64,000 nucleotides of DNA from Balanoglossus misakiensis. Taxonomy: Eukaryota; Animalia; Hemichordata. Location: positions 9,377,097 through 9,441,096 of the forward strand of contig CM082598.2 of assembly GCA_040954595.2 (NCBI GenBank), read 5' to 3'. Numbering within the stretch: the stretch's first letter is position 1; every line of letters starts with the position of its first letter. The notes beneath the pieces are model-generated. The model made no database searches. It had not been told where the DNA came from and saw nothing but the letters and a program-made list of their open reading frames with translations. Position numbers and translations under genes: made by a program. This document shows, piece by piece, positions 25,641 through 38,725 of this stretch.

Positions 25641-26490
25641 GTTGAGTTAAGGCGCAAGAGGTCATAACAGGTGCAATTTCGGTTTTTTTTAAAAAAAAAA
25701 GAATATTATGTTAAAATTACATGTAGGATAATAAGCTATAGGGCCTAAGAGAAATGAATCATGGTGTTCAGGTTTCTGTTGAACTTCACAAAATGGTTGA
25801 CAAGATTTTAGTTCCCAAGTATATCATGTCATATGTTGCCGGCTGTCATTTTACGTGTTTCAGCAAAAGACATCAGACTGAATTGTTACAGCTTGAGATT
25901 TTCAAACATGCATAGGTCTATGAGCTGCTACATTTCCCATATTTTGTCCTACACTATTAATCTCTCCCTATCCTTTAAAATCCTCACCATTTGGCCATGT
26001 GACTTGTATTTGCATCAGTTTGTCATCTCATTGCGACGCAGACCACGATAGGCATGACGGGAAAGCTCACTTCCCCACTTAAGTTATCAAGGGATTAATC
26101 ATATTCAAATATTTGAAGGGATTAAAAACTACAGTTAGGGACCGTTCAGTTTTTACGGCTTGGGGGCGGCAAGTTTGTGTCATTGGTTTTCAAAATCAGG
26201 CCGACCCCCCTTCACCCAGGAGCAAAAAAATTATGCCCCCCCCCCCTTTGACAGGCCACAGTCCCTCAAGACCATCTAAGAGTTGCGCTCTTCCTCTACT
26301 ATCTACGATGATTTTCCCGATTTGTGAGTTATGTTTCAAGTATATTTCAATTCAGTACATTAAATTCATTCGACATGTTTTTAAAGACAAAGGAAGTGCA
26401 CATTTTGCGTATCAAATCGCTTCTTATAGCACTCACGGTCGTTGTAATTTTCAACTGTGGATTGTGGGCATACACATTTTGCGGGTATTA

Positions 26491-27583
26491 TAGCCTAATT
26501 CAAGATTCACGTTTCAAGTTTCAAGATTCACGTTTCACGTTCCACGGCCCAAGATTCAGCACCTGGCAGTGAACTTGGATTCACGGATTCACTTCCAAAA
26601 CTAAACTTATATTCTGATTCAGATTCGAGTCTTGTCTAATATGTTTATGCTGCCGTAACCAGGGGTGCGTACGATTGTTTATTGTCCTCGATCCCCGCCC
26701 AAGCAAGGTTCCCCAAATATTCTGTTCGATTATCGCGTGACGTCATTGTCGGGTATTTAGTGGGACGTCGTCGTCGGAGACCCTAGGCCTGAGATCGCAC
26801 CATGGCCGGCAATCTCGGTATTCACAGATACGTAATTCTGATATAATTGATAGGTTTAGGGTCCGCGTATATTTTACAACCGATAACTAAAGCAAAGGGA
26901 CTAATTCCTATACTAGTATTCTGAATCAAGTGAATGCAATGTAGACGGCGAAAAGACGTGACAAGACTCGAATCTGAATCAGAATACATGTATAAGTTTA
27001 GTGTTGGAATAGTCTCGGTTACCCAGACGCCTTTGCTTCTTCCGATGCTCTCCAGAAAAGGGTCTGGGGAAATGCTATTGAAAGCTTTGTAAAACAAAAT
27101 GGCCGATGTCAGGATTTTGATCATCGCCTGATTGGCTGAGCTGTCAGTATGACCCGGGTCACTGACTCTCGACAATGTGTGATTATTTGTCGTATCTTCA
27201 TATCAAGAGACCGGTACTTGTTGGTTGATGCGAAAGGCAAAAGGCGTCCTCTGTTAGCATTGTTGGAGAAATTATATGAAATATCTTTGGTAGACGATTG
27301 TCAAAACTATTGCAGTGACCCGGGTCATACTGACAGCTCAGCCAATCAGGCGATGATCAAAATCCTGACATCGGCCATTTTGTTTTACAAAGCTTTCAAT
27401 AGCATTTCCCCAGACCCTTTTCTGGAGAGCATCGGAAGAGCAAAGGCGTCTGGGTAACCGAGACTAGTGTTGGAAGTGAATCGTGAATCCAAGTTCACCG
27501 CTGAATCTTGGGCCGTGGAACTTGAAACGTGAAACTTGAAACGTGAATCTTGAAACTTGAAACGTGAATCTTGAGTTAGGCTA
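26491..27583. mobile_element. TAG...CTA foldback element with short internal repeats (TTCAAG/TTCACG) in its arms; host of 27010-27466
   Basis: TAGCCTAATTCAAGATTCACGTTTCAAG... versus ...CTTGAAACGTGAATCTTGAGTTAGGCTA; arms about 145 bp; no clean adjacent TSD. Confidence 0.7.
27010..27466. mobile_element. Same foldback element, copy 2 (opposite orientation)
   Basis: Nearly identical to 10185-10642; 9 bp TSD GTGTTGGAA. Confidence 0.85.
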
Positions 27584-28507
27584 ACCCACATTTTGCGGGC
27601 GTTTCTGGGACCGCTTTATTTTTGACCCTCCAATAAACATTTCAGCAAACCATAATGAGCATCATAACAATAGGCCCCCCACCCGGAGAGTTTCCCCGAC
27701 CGTCTTTCTTGAGGGACTGTGGACAGGCAAACAATTATGATGACCCCCCTCCAAAAAACCACTGCACAACTACTTGTGGAGGAAAAAAGCTTGTTTCCAA
27801 GAGCCTGCTCGCCACCCTGATCTTATGTACACTGTATGCAATAAAGGGAAAGAGGCTCCCTACACCTCAATCGAAATTTCTTAAAGAAATTAATTGAGGT
27901 GTATAATAGTGTTGCAATAAAGAAATTTATGAATAAATTAAAATGACAAGTCAATACAATAGTGCAAAGTTGCATTTTAATGAACTCAAAAACAAATTAA
28001 CTCAATCTTGGGGAGGACAAGTTTTACTTTTGCCACTCAAAGTTAGCATCGGTGGGGGTGGCAAATACTTAGTAAATACTCTGCCCTGATACACTAGACA
28101 AACCAGCCAATAAATGAGATGTGGCGAAGAATGAAGGGGGTGAGAAAACTTTGTAAAATAAAGGGCTCGAAACTGCATTTTTGTGGACTCAAAAGCAGAA
28201 GTTGGGGGCAAAAGTATGTGACCCCCCCCCCTAAACGTATCGAAAAAAAGATGACCCCCCCCCTTTAAATTTTGGATTTCAAAATTTAAGTGACCCCCCC
28301 CCCTGGATTTTGCCGCCCCAGCCGTAAAAACTGAACGATCCCTAACAAAATAATAACAAAACTAAACGTAACAGATTAAAGGTAATCTTGCAAATTTACT
28401 TGCTACCCGACTTGACAATACCCAAGTCGGGTAGCAGGTGCAGGTAAAATGGCGTGTACTGTTTGTATGAAGGCCGATTAACGGGTGTTGATTTAATATA
28501 TAGATCA

Positions 28508-28828
28508 GGCCAAAAATAATATGTGCTGCAAGTTCCGATTACATGGTTTTCAAAAATAGGGTAGGTAGGTAGGGATTTTTTTATTTTGCATTTTTTATAT
28601 CGTTGACCGCTGTAGTGTAGAAAAATGACGTCATAGTTCTTGGTAGCCTAGTATCTACCCGTATACGGATAGATACTAGGCTAAGTTCTTGCGTGATTCT
28701 CATCACAATTAATTTTTGACATCGTTATTTTTACTTCCTGTTTACGAAGTTCTAGAAAGTTTAGGGTCGGCTGGCTAAAATTAGGTTAGGTCGGGTAATC
28801 GGAACAGCACATATTTTTTTATTTGGTC
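28508..28828. mobile_element. ISL2EU/Harbinger-like MITE hosting the 40 bp micro-element
   Basis: GGCCAAAAATAATATGTGCTG...CAGCACATATTTTTTTATTTGGTC IR; GGGTAGGTAGG and GGGTCGG subterminal motifs. Confidence 0.55.
28644..28683. mobile_element. 40 bp TAG...CTA hairpin micro-element
   Basis: TAGCCTAGTATCTA...TAGATACTAGGCTA; flanked by AGTTCTTGG / AGTTCTTGC (8 of 9 match). Confidence 0.7.
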
Positions 28829-31800
28829 TCTCATGTTCAAATTGCAACATACAACTACAATCGTATGGGGCCTGAGGTGAGATTCACGCCAAAAGTAAAA
28901 TACTTTTTGCAATTTAATATAACACATTATATACTATAATTTATTAGCAGCTTTATGGTTATAATAGCTGCCGAATTATTAGCTGGTAAAACATTTAGAA
29001 CTGGTGCTAAATTTTTGCAGCCTTATGATTAGCTGCCGAAACGGGCCTTTTACATGTAGTAGGTGAAAGATTTGGTGGTGTATTAGTTACAAGTTTCTGA
29101 TTTTCTAAATTTTTAGCAGCTTTATGATAAGCTTCTGAATTTCGTGAATGTCTAAACGTTATCTTCACGGTCTTTTGCTTTGGTTTACTAGTATCTGTTT
29201 CTTTGGAAACGAGGCATACCCACAAACTATTCCTGCGTACAGGGTTCCCGGTGTTACGCTAGTTAGGCCTCCGGCACAGTAAGGCAGGTGTTGCCGGAAA
29301 CACACACAGACGTGCCCATTTTGGACCACCTGGCATGGTTGAAGATCTCGATCATGGAAGTGTCGTAATTTATCAGTAGTTAGTCCCATCTGATTAAAAT
29401 CGGATGTAGGGAACGGCGTACCGCGTAAGTAAAAGACGTCGCCGTTCCTTACATCTGATTTTAATCAGATTGTAGTTACGTTAGTCAGTCTAAAAGATTT
29501 TGCTATGCAAAATTGATAGGCTAATTGTGCCTTCACGTAAGACACTAGTATGCGCCCCAAGAATAGTAAGTTTGATGCTGAAAATGTAGGAAAATGCATC
29601 TCAAAAGAATTAAATTTGCTGTCCCCCTTTGATTACGTTGTTCAAAACTGTTAAACCTGGCGTTGAGGGCGATGTATGCATGTGCGACGTCATGTCATGG
29701 CGGTGGGTTTGAAGTGGGTTAGAAGTGAGGTTTGAAATTGAATGGAGCGCCCATCGCTCAGAATGGAAATATTATTGGTGAAATACGGGTTCCAAGTATT
29801 CGCGAGAGGTCCGGGTGCAAGTTTTATCATAGACAGAAGAAGGTTCTATCGCATTCGCATGCAGTGAGTGGAAGTTGTCAAACGCGTTGGGATAGAACGT
29901 AATGGAATTTACGTGATGACGTCATATGTGTCATGGCGCAAGTCATAATTCGATGTCATGCACCCTGATCTCATGGATGCCGTCCCAGAACGTGGAGAAT
30001 GTTGTATCATAATTTGTGTACGCGTTTGAACCCAGTTTTCCTGCTGAGGTCCTCTCTGAAGTGTGCATGGAATGTCCTTGGTCGACTTGAATGATTCGGT
30101 GAGTATTATTATCATGTTTATGCCCTGTCGTAATTTCTTATGCGTTCTAAAATGGCCTCCATGACTTTGATCAGGTTGAATATTTTGATAGTTGTGCGCA
30201 ACTGAATTCCAGATATGTGGTAGATACAAAAAGTGACACAGTCGACGAAAGTTGCCACTTATTTGGCTCTGAAAACTTCAAATGTTTCTGCTGTAGCAAT
30301 GTCTGTGCATGATATGTATTAAAATTATTCCAGTCTTGATACTTCGGCAAATGCCAGTTGGTTAATCAGAGATACTTACAGTGACTCCTTAGATTACAGT
30401 GATACAATCATGTAAACATAAAGACAGCTACTAAAACCTGTCTAAACAGAACCCTGTCTAATCTGGAAACCTGTCTATAACAAACACCTTTTCCTGTCCC
30501 TTTAATTAACATAGAACTAGAAGAACATGTTAAAGAACCTCTATAAACTGGACACCTCTGCACACTAAACAATTTCTTCAGTCCCTTTGGTGTTCGGTTT
30601 AGATAGGTTTTACAGTTTTATAACATTGGTTAAAGTGAGTCTGCAGAACTGGGCTGCTGTTGACTAAATAATCTAGCTGGCTTATGTGATGGATGTGAGA
30701 TATGTAGCATGGTATTATGTCTGCTTTGGTTCCAACAATGTGAAATTGGTCAAACCCCCCACTGGTCAGAATTGATTTGAAAATTAGCATGCATGTACCT
30801 TATGTGTACCTCAAACAGTCCTGTATGTTATGTATTGAGCTAATATATTATCAATTTTCTATTTTTTATGCATTTTTTTGTATTTTTCCACTTTATTGGT
30901 AAAAAATCTTCATTTCTGAAAGTGATAGTTCTACTTCTTTGAAATTTAGTATAGAGTTTCCTAAAGGTTGTCTGAGTAACCATAGTTTTGTTGCGAAATT
31001 TACACATTTATAATTTTTAGCAATTTTTGCCATTTTTGGTCAATTTGTTTTTCTTTAAAACTTCATGCTAGATTGCTTTGCAATTTGGTAGGCATGTTCC
31101 TAGGGGTAACCTAAGTAATATGTTGTTTAAAAAATGTGATATTTGCCTAAATGTATTAGGGAAAATTTGCAATTTTTGTCAAAAATTGTTTTCTCTGAAA
31201 CCGCGTGTCACATTGCATTGAAGTTTGAACTTTGGCAGGCATGTTCCTCGTAGTGATTGAAGAAAGATATTGTACAATTTTGGTGATATTTGCATATTTG
31301 TGTTTTCGTCACTTTTGAACAAATATTTTCTGTGAAACTGCTTGTTGGATTGCTTTGAAATTTGTTTTTTCTCTGATTGCTTTGAAATTTAGGATACAAT
31401 TTCATAACACATGCATGTATATATGCAACTTTCATTCAATTCTGATATCAGAAATATTCAATATTTAGCGAGTTTTTTTGTAAGTTTCTTTGTTTTTGGT
31501 TAGCAAATTATCTCCTAAACCAATTGTCCAGTTGTTTTGAAATCTACTGTTTACAACGAGTTGTTACCCCCAACTTAGACATGTTTACATAACTTTAATA
31601 GGCTAGCTGTTACAGAGACCACCAGGTACTAAATTTTTAATTACCAGTGGCAGGTCAGTGAGCGTCTTTGTCTGTCTGTTCCAGGGCTGACTGATAGAAG
31701 TTGCTTGTCGCATGTGTTTGTACAGACAATTTTTGGTCAAAAATAAATTTTTGTAGCACCACTTGGGCCATCCCAAGCAGAAAGGGGTCATATAGTCAGC

Positions 31801-33129
31801 TGCAAATATGGGTTGACCCCCCAAAAATTGCAACAAAAGGCTTCTCAACGGTTTTCTATAGTATCGAATGTGTTTAATAAAATATTAAAAGTCTACCAAA
31901 ATCCGATGACCGGGACCATCATTTTTAAGATGGCATCCAAGATGGCTACCGCATTCTTAAAATAGCCATAACTACAAGTATACTTTATTCTAAATCAGTG
32001 CTAAAAATTGCAACAAAAGGTTTCTCAACGGTTTTCTATAGAATCGAATGTGCTTATTGACACAGTGTTGCAGCCAGGATTTTTTAAACAGGGGACACTG
32101 TGTCCCCCCACTATTTATTTTTGGGGACATTTTGCATATTTTGGGGACAACATAAACTATGGACATACATGCATGTCCATGCATAAACGTTACACGTACA
32201 CATACATACACAATGACATACCACATAAAATTGTATAATTTGATGTTTTTAATAAAACACTCACTCTTTGGTCTGTGTCACAATGACCATATACTTTAAC
32301 CTGCATTTTGTACAAATTGTACAAATCACGTGTTCACAACAGTCAAGATCTGAGCACTATTGTTCTGATAATTAAAGTCACTGCTGATTACTGTTTATGC
32401 ATCTTTTATTTACTTTTCTGATTTTGATTACATTCAAGATCTTTTAAATCTGCTCCATTTTACCAAAATATCAGAAAGATGAATAATCCCCCTTTTTTCT
32501 ACAAATAAGGATGAAAAACAGACTTGTTTTTGACAAGAATCCTGGCCTTATTCCAAATAACCTGCTCAGCTGGAGGGGTGAAGGAAAGGCTAATTTAAAT
32601 TCTTTCAAGTCCTTTATTATTTTAGGAGTAGATTTGAGAAAACTTGTTCCCCATTATATAAAATCCATAGGGTATTTCTAAAAGCTAGGGAATTCATTCC
32701 AATTGCAAGATCAATGGTTGTCTGGCTAGGGGTCCTAAAGCATGTAATAAGGAGTATACTCTCCACTCTGTCTTGTTGGAGTCTTATCCAAGAAATTAGC
32801 AGTTAAGTTCAATGGGAGGGTTTGCAACAAAACTGAGACTGTTGGTACTCATGGAAAAAGTTGGTTTCAGAAGCAATTGGAGTCACGGTAGTTCACTGCC
32901 TGCACACCTGAGTCCGATATAGGCGGATATAGGCGTGATATCGCAGTGTATTACTATTACAATTCCCAAGAGGGTGGCTGCGTGTAAGTAAACTGTATCA
33001 AATTCAACAATAAACCAAGTTTGCTACAACTTTGCTATGAAGATGTTATCAGTATCGATTACAGGTTGTAAGGTCATAAACTGTGACAAGTGAATCTCTT
33101 TGTACGCGTACACTCATCAGCTATCAGGA

Positions 33130-33446
33130 ATTATATTATACCAGTATATTGATGGTGTAAATCACGCTATTTGATTGGTCGAGACACGACACGTGACCGT
33201 GATATATTAGCCATATACCACAGTCATATATCATAGTCAAAGAAAATGCCTTTTTAAAATGTTTTATGCAAAGTTTCAATATACTGGCATAATATAATAG
33301 CAATAAAACACCCCCAGCCATGGTATACCACGAGATTTTGACCAGTTCAACTCCATATACGCACTCGCTATCGCTCGTGCGTATATGTCGTGAACTGGTC
33401 AAAATCTCGTGGTATACCATGGCTGGGGGTGTTTTATTGCTTAAAC
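33130..33446. mobile_element. TSD-less double-hairpin element, copy 2
   Basis: Base-for-base identical to 15720-16036 by inspection; unrelated flanks. Confidence 0.7.
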
Positions 33447-33818
33447 AATGTATGTTAGCGCCGGCTATTTTTGCACTTAGAGTGCGCCCGTGGTGACCCG
33501 CAGTATGCCAGAAAGTGCGCCCGTGGCTTCAGTTTTGGGGACATTGTCGCAAGGGCGCACTCTGGCTGCAACACTGATTTACATACTAAAAGTCTACCAA
33601 AATCGCATGACCGGAAACACGTCATTTTCAAGATGGTGTCCAAGATGGCCGCCGCATATCTAAAATGGCCATATAACTACTGTAAAACACTTTATTTTCG
33701 CGAGCAATAAATTTTCGCGAAATACGCGAGAGTCAAAATAGCGTGAAAATAAAAAGTCGAGTACATTTTTTAAGACAACGATGCAGTGAATGAAATAAGA
33801 GAACGTGAAAATTACAAA

Positions 33819-34330
33819 GATACTTTTGAATCATGACATGATGTAACGTAAAGATGTTATCAATGGTGCTATAACCACGTCTGAAGCCAGTCTGACACTC
33901 AGTAATGCAACCAATAATCTCGGCCCATTTGGTCAATCTCTGGTTCAAGATGAAAGTAAAAATTTTTCCAATCGAGTCCAGAAGCGTTATGCCTTGAAAA
34001 TTATTTGGGTCATGAAAACCACCGTTCTTATGTAGCGGGATTAAGACTATTTTTAGCATCTCAGAAAAATTCATTTGGTAAGCCATCGGGACCAGGTGAT
34101 TTACCAGTTTTTAGCATATCCATTTAGCATACAATATCTCATTGTTGCTGATAGGATGGTTGAGAATGTCCTCCGCATTGGAGGTTTTATCTCCGTCAGA
34201 GAGTTAAACAATTTCAAGAAAATTTTCCACTGTGATATCAAAATATCAGACCTCAAATGTGAAGAAAACAGTTTGTTTTTATTGTTATCTAAAAATGACC
34301 CTTTTTGGGCAAAAGTGGCTATAATGACAG
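33819..34330 (-). pseudogene. Degenerate non-LTR retrotransposon RT fragment (RTE-X/CR1-like)
   Basis: IPLHKNGGFHDPNNFQGITLLDSIGKIFTFILNQRL...QTGFRRGYSTIDNIFTL corresponds to LINE RT motifs 1-2; frameshifted and truncated. Confidence 0.85.
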
Positions 34331-34580
34331 TTTTGTCTTGAGTGGAGTCCATACGACAGCTTTTGGAATCAGACCCAATTTGAGTGGACTTGTTAAACCT
34401 TCCTTACCAAAAATTCTCATTAAAGGCATCTATCTCCTTGGATAAAATAGCACTTCAATTATGGCCTTTTACGTATAATGCCGCAGCCATCTTTGACGCC
34501 ATCTTGAAAATTACATTTTTCCGGTCATGGGATTTTGGTAGACTTTTAAGTTTTAATATGTTAGTGAGCACATTTGATAA

Positions 34581-35182
34581 TAGACTGTCGACAGTCCCTC
34601 GCGCCTAATGTGTAACAATTCGGCGTTTCGTGCGAGGCCCGTTAGGCCCTATCTTTTGAGGGCCGTAGGCCCGATTCGGCGTTTCGTGGTGCGATGGCCG
34701 TAAGGTCCGAGGGACTGTTATAGCTTGCAAGCCTTGCCTTGATATTAATTATGCATGCAGAAAATGATGTACTAAAATTTGCATATGGGGGCGTAAATCA
34801 ACGGCGAAACAACCAAAACTATCGATGACGGTTCCTCGGTAAATTCGCCGATCCTGTCCAAGAGAAAAGGTGCAATTTCATACGCCAAAGACTTCCCACT
34901 GCCCGTTGGCGACGCAACAAAAACATCTTTGCCGTTTATGAGTTTATGACAGACGTATATTAACTGTCAATCATTTTACAGGGGCATTTTCCCACAGTGC
35001 CCGTGTGAGGGCGAAACAAGGTATAAGAGTCCCTCGCGCCACGCCCATGCCCGAGTCCGTACGACCATCGCACCACGAAACGCCGAATCGGCCCTTCGGC
35101 CCTCAAAAGATACGGGCCTTACGGCCCTCGCACGAAACGCCGAATCGATACACATTAGGCGCGAGGGACTGTCGACAGTCTA
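34581..35182. mobile_element. 602 bp TAG...CTA element (AcademH-like)
   Basis: TIR TAGACTGTCGACAGTCCCTCGCGCCTAATGTGTA extending imperfectly to about 140 bp; 9 bp TSD ATTTGATAA. Confidence 0.85.
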
Positions 35183-36771
35183 ATTTGATAATACAAACAA
35201 GCATTGAGAAATCTTTTGTAGCAATGAATATCACTGATGAAAAATAAAGAATACTTGTAGTTATGGCCATTTTAATCTCTGAAACTATAGCATTCATCAT
35301 TAAAAATGCTCCCGAAGATATAGTTCAATATATGTACCTTTAAATAAATCCAACAAAACTACTCGGAATGCTCGCCGTTGATAGCGGTTAATGACCAAAG
35401 TTGGGGGAAAAAATGACCCAATTCAGACACCCTTTTCGGGGCTCAGTGTAAAAAACTTATTTTTCAAATCAGATTCCTCCTTTGCATATGTTAACGAAGG
35501 CGTTGCATTCTGGCTGCAAAACTAACATCTAGCATCATGCATGCCACTGGCCCAGTTAAGCCTGATATCCCTTGCCAAGAATGGTGATGTAACTTAACTA
35601 GCATCCGTTTGAAGTCAATCAGAGACTATGTTTTTTCCAATGATTGGACAACGGATATAGTACATATGTGTAATTAAGGATGGGTAACATTTTAAATTCA
35701 AATTAACCCTGCCTCCACTATAATCTTACACCCAATCACCACTGATCAGTTTATGTGAGTGACATCAAGGGGACAGTTCCCAGCAAGGGGGTATCAGGCT
35801 TTGTTTGGCCAGTGGCATGCATGACACTAGACGCTAGTTTTTGAAGCAAAGCGGAAAAAATATGGCCAGATACTAGCTAGACAAGTTGAGTAGGGAAATT
35901 GTACCCGTCACGAGCTAGCCAAGTAAGCCGCATGTTACAGCTTTGTTGCTATGCCTCCATCTCATGCAGTTGAAGGCACAGTCTATGTAAATAACACAGT
36001 CCTGAATCGAGCATCAAAGCCATCAGAGCGATCAGTACTCATATGTAGCTAGCTGGATAGATGAACATTTGTCATTTATCTGTAAATACCTTGCACAAAT
36101 TGGCGATCTGATTATAGCATGCGCAGCGAGCACTTTAGATAGCGCGTGTACGAGAATGAGGGAATATGGGAAATAGAAAGTATATCTCTATATACCTACG
36201 AGTTGGAAAAGTGCGTCCTGTATCTATGGGGGCATCCATTAATTTTGATCTCTTCCTTGAAACGTAAAACCAACGTCCTTATTCATCGCAAATCCTACTC
36301 AGAAATGTACACCGACCACAAGACCATCAAAGACGGTGGAAAATTAAGTTGGAAAATGAAATTTAGTAGCGTTTCTGGGCACTTTCTGGGCCGTTTTCGA
36401 GAGCCCGACGGTTGGCACCATATAGAATCACGCGAAATAACACGAGACTTCGAAATTACTTTACGTATGTAAGGGGCCACCACCAACAACATTTATTCTT
36501 TTTGAGCCTAAAACGTTTAACCACAACAGACTACCACAATGACCAGTCACCTACAAGTGAGAATTAGACCCATCGATAAATAGATAATCTGAAGCTATCA
36601 CAGAAACAGAATGTCTTTGACAAAGTATTGCAAAGCCTTCAGTTGACCGCGAAAAAGTTGACGAAGCATGCATGTGGAAAGTGGAGTGTTGACAACAATG
36701 TGAATATATGCACGATAGCTTGCTGCGCTCGCACTCAGGTCAAACCTGTTACATATTAGGATTAGCTAATG

Positions 36772-37020
36772 TAGTCTGGTCCCCTGCCCGGCCCATTTCC
36801 ACTGCTGGCTGCGCTATGCTATTAAAAGGGAAAGGGTCAGGCACGAGCTATTGTAAACATGGCTGTCATTGGCGTACAGACATTGGAGGCATCCATCTTG
36901 CTTATAACCACGTTGTCTTTGTTTCATTATAACATGCGGGTCAGGTTTCTGGCCAAGATGTTACCCTTTCCCTTTAGCGTAGCGCAGCGAGCAGTAGGAA
37001 TGGGGCAGGGAACCAGACTA
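36772..37020. mobile_element. 249 bp TAG...CTA element (AcademH-like)
   Basis: TAGTCTGGTCCCCTGCCC / GGGGCAGGGAACCAGACTA; 9 bp TSD TAGCTAATG. Confidence 0.8.
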
Positions 37021-38384
37021 TAGCTAATGTGGTAAACTGTTGCAATTCGTGTGTGTAACTAGTGCAACAAACGTACTGTAAGTGAAGCATCACAGCTAGC
37101 CTAATGTTTGACTGGGAGGAACACCTACTAATGTGAGTACCAGGGATTGAAAGTTGTCCCTTTAAGGAACTGACTGTGTCGTAACATTTCGCTGCGATGC
37201 TAAATAACCTGTAACGGATGCAAAAAAGGTGGTCCCCCAGGGTAGGGATTTACTGGCGGAATATGTCTCTAAGGATACTGAGCAGTTTGTAGTTCAAAGC
37301 ACCGAACCCTGTCGAGACTTTCCTGCCCTCACAGATACAACTCTCAGAAAGGTAGTTCAAAGACAACCCTGTTATAGCAAAGCATTAGCAAATGCATTGG
37401 GACTCTGATGGGTTGGTGAAATCATATTGATTCAAACCATGTAAGTTGTTCATCACTTGCCGACCTGCAACTTCTACCCACACCAGAAATCAGGCGGTCT
37501 GCTATGTACTTGGTACTGTTAGGATTAAAACAGTGCCGTTTGATGTAGACAAAGAGTATATCTGAGTCTTTGAATGACAATGATTATATAGTAGCATATC
37601 ACATGGCCTCCAACTAAAAATCTGAAATTGGTTAGGTCTCAACTTTCTAGTGTAACTGGCATAATTTCATAGATGACTGTATACATTTGAAGATAAACAT
37701 ATACAGTGTTTAAGGTTTACTTACCCATGATTTCTATACTGCTCAAAAGTTTTGATTGTGTGCTCACAATCGTTTTCAAATTTCTTAATTGCAGGAGGAA
37801 CTTTCTCGGACAAGACTTGTCGGGAAAAGTTGAAGCTTACAGAAATAAATATACACGGCTGCAGCTGATCTTCGAATAGGGAAGTATTATTTTTGTATTT
37901 AAACTGTGTATTTTATTCTGTTGTTTGGCAGTTGAAATGTACATTGCAGGATGGTGCAGAATTGAAAGCACCAGCCTGCTGCAAAACATGGTAAGCATCT
38001 GCTACATTCCGTTTGGATGTACTTCTTGATGTTCAAATGCAGATTTATGGTGAGGAGTATTGATCACACCATCAGTCACGTTGAACTTGGAGCAATTTTA
38101 ATGCCTTAATTTTTAAACAAACAAAACTGAAAGATTGTAGTTTGTATACTGCAGTTTGACTTAAGATAGAACGTTTTAATCAAATGTGAAATGCAAAAAT
38201 ACTTCAATAATAGACAGGGATAATACAGTATCAGATGTGCATTTTGGCTGAAAATTAAGAGTGTTTGCAAGATAAGGTGTAATTAAGTGTCATAATACAT
38301 ATTAATTAAACAAGAGTACCCCTTGCATAAATGGTTCAGTGCTATATAAAACCCTGACTATAAAGATAGGTAACAATGTGTACA

Positions 38385-38416
<32 letters not shown>

Positions 38417-38725
38417 GAGGACAATAATGATGATATACAAATGTAGATACTAAAATTATAATAAAATAACTTGATTATGATGATGATGAAGACGACTATG
38501 ATGATGATGATGATGATGACATTATATTAACTAAGATAATAATATAATAACATGATGAGATGATAATGATGATGCAGACGATGATGATGATGATGATGAT
38601 AATGATGATGATGATGATGATATTATAGTAACTAAGATAATATAATAACATGATGAGATGATAATGATGATGCAGACGATGATGATGATGCAGACGATGA
38701 TGATGATGATGATGATGATGATGAG
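38385..38725. repeat. (ATG)n microsatellite with a duplicated spacer TAACTAAGATAATAATATAATAACATGATGAG
   Basis: Seen directly. Confidence 0.95.

Larger units (their letters stand above)
26257..27721. mobile_element. P-like element inserted in a Harbinger MITE and hosting two nested foldback elements
   Basis: TIR CACAGTCCCTCAAGA / TCTTGAGGGACTGTG; perfect 7 bp TSD GACAGGC. Sibling Harbinger copies lack this insert. Confidence 0.8.
26138..28342. mobile_element. Harbinger-like MITE family B carrying three nested insertions
   Basis: GGGACCGTTCAGTTTTTACGGC...GCCGTAAAAACTGAACGATCCC; flanks TTA / TAA. Confidence 0.8.
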
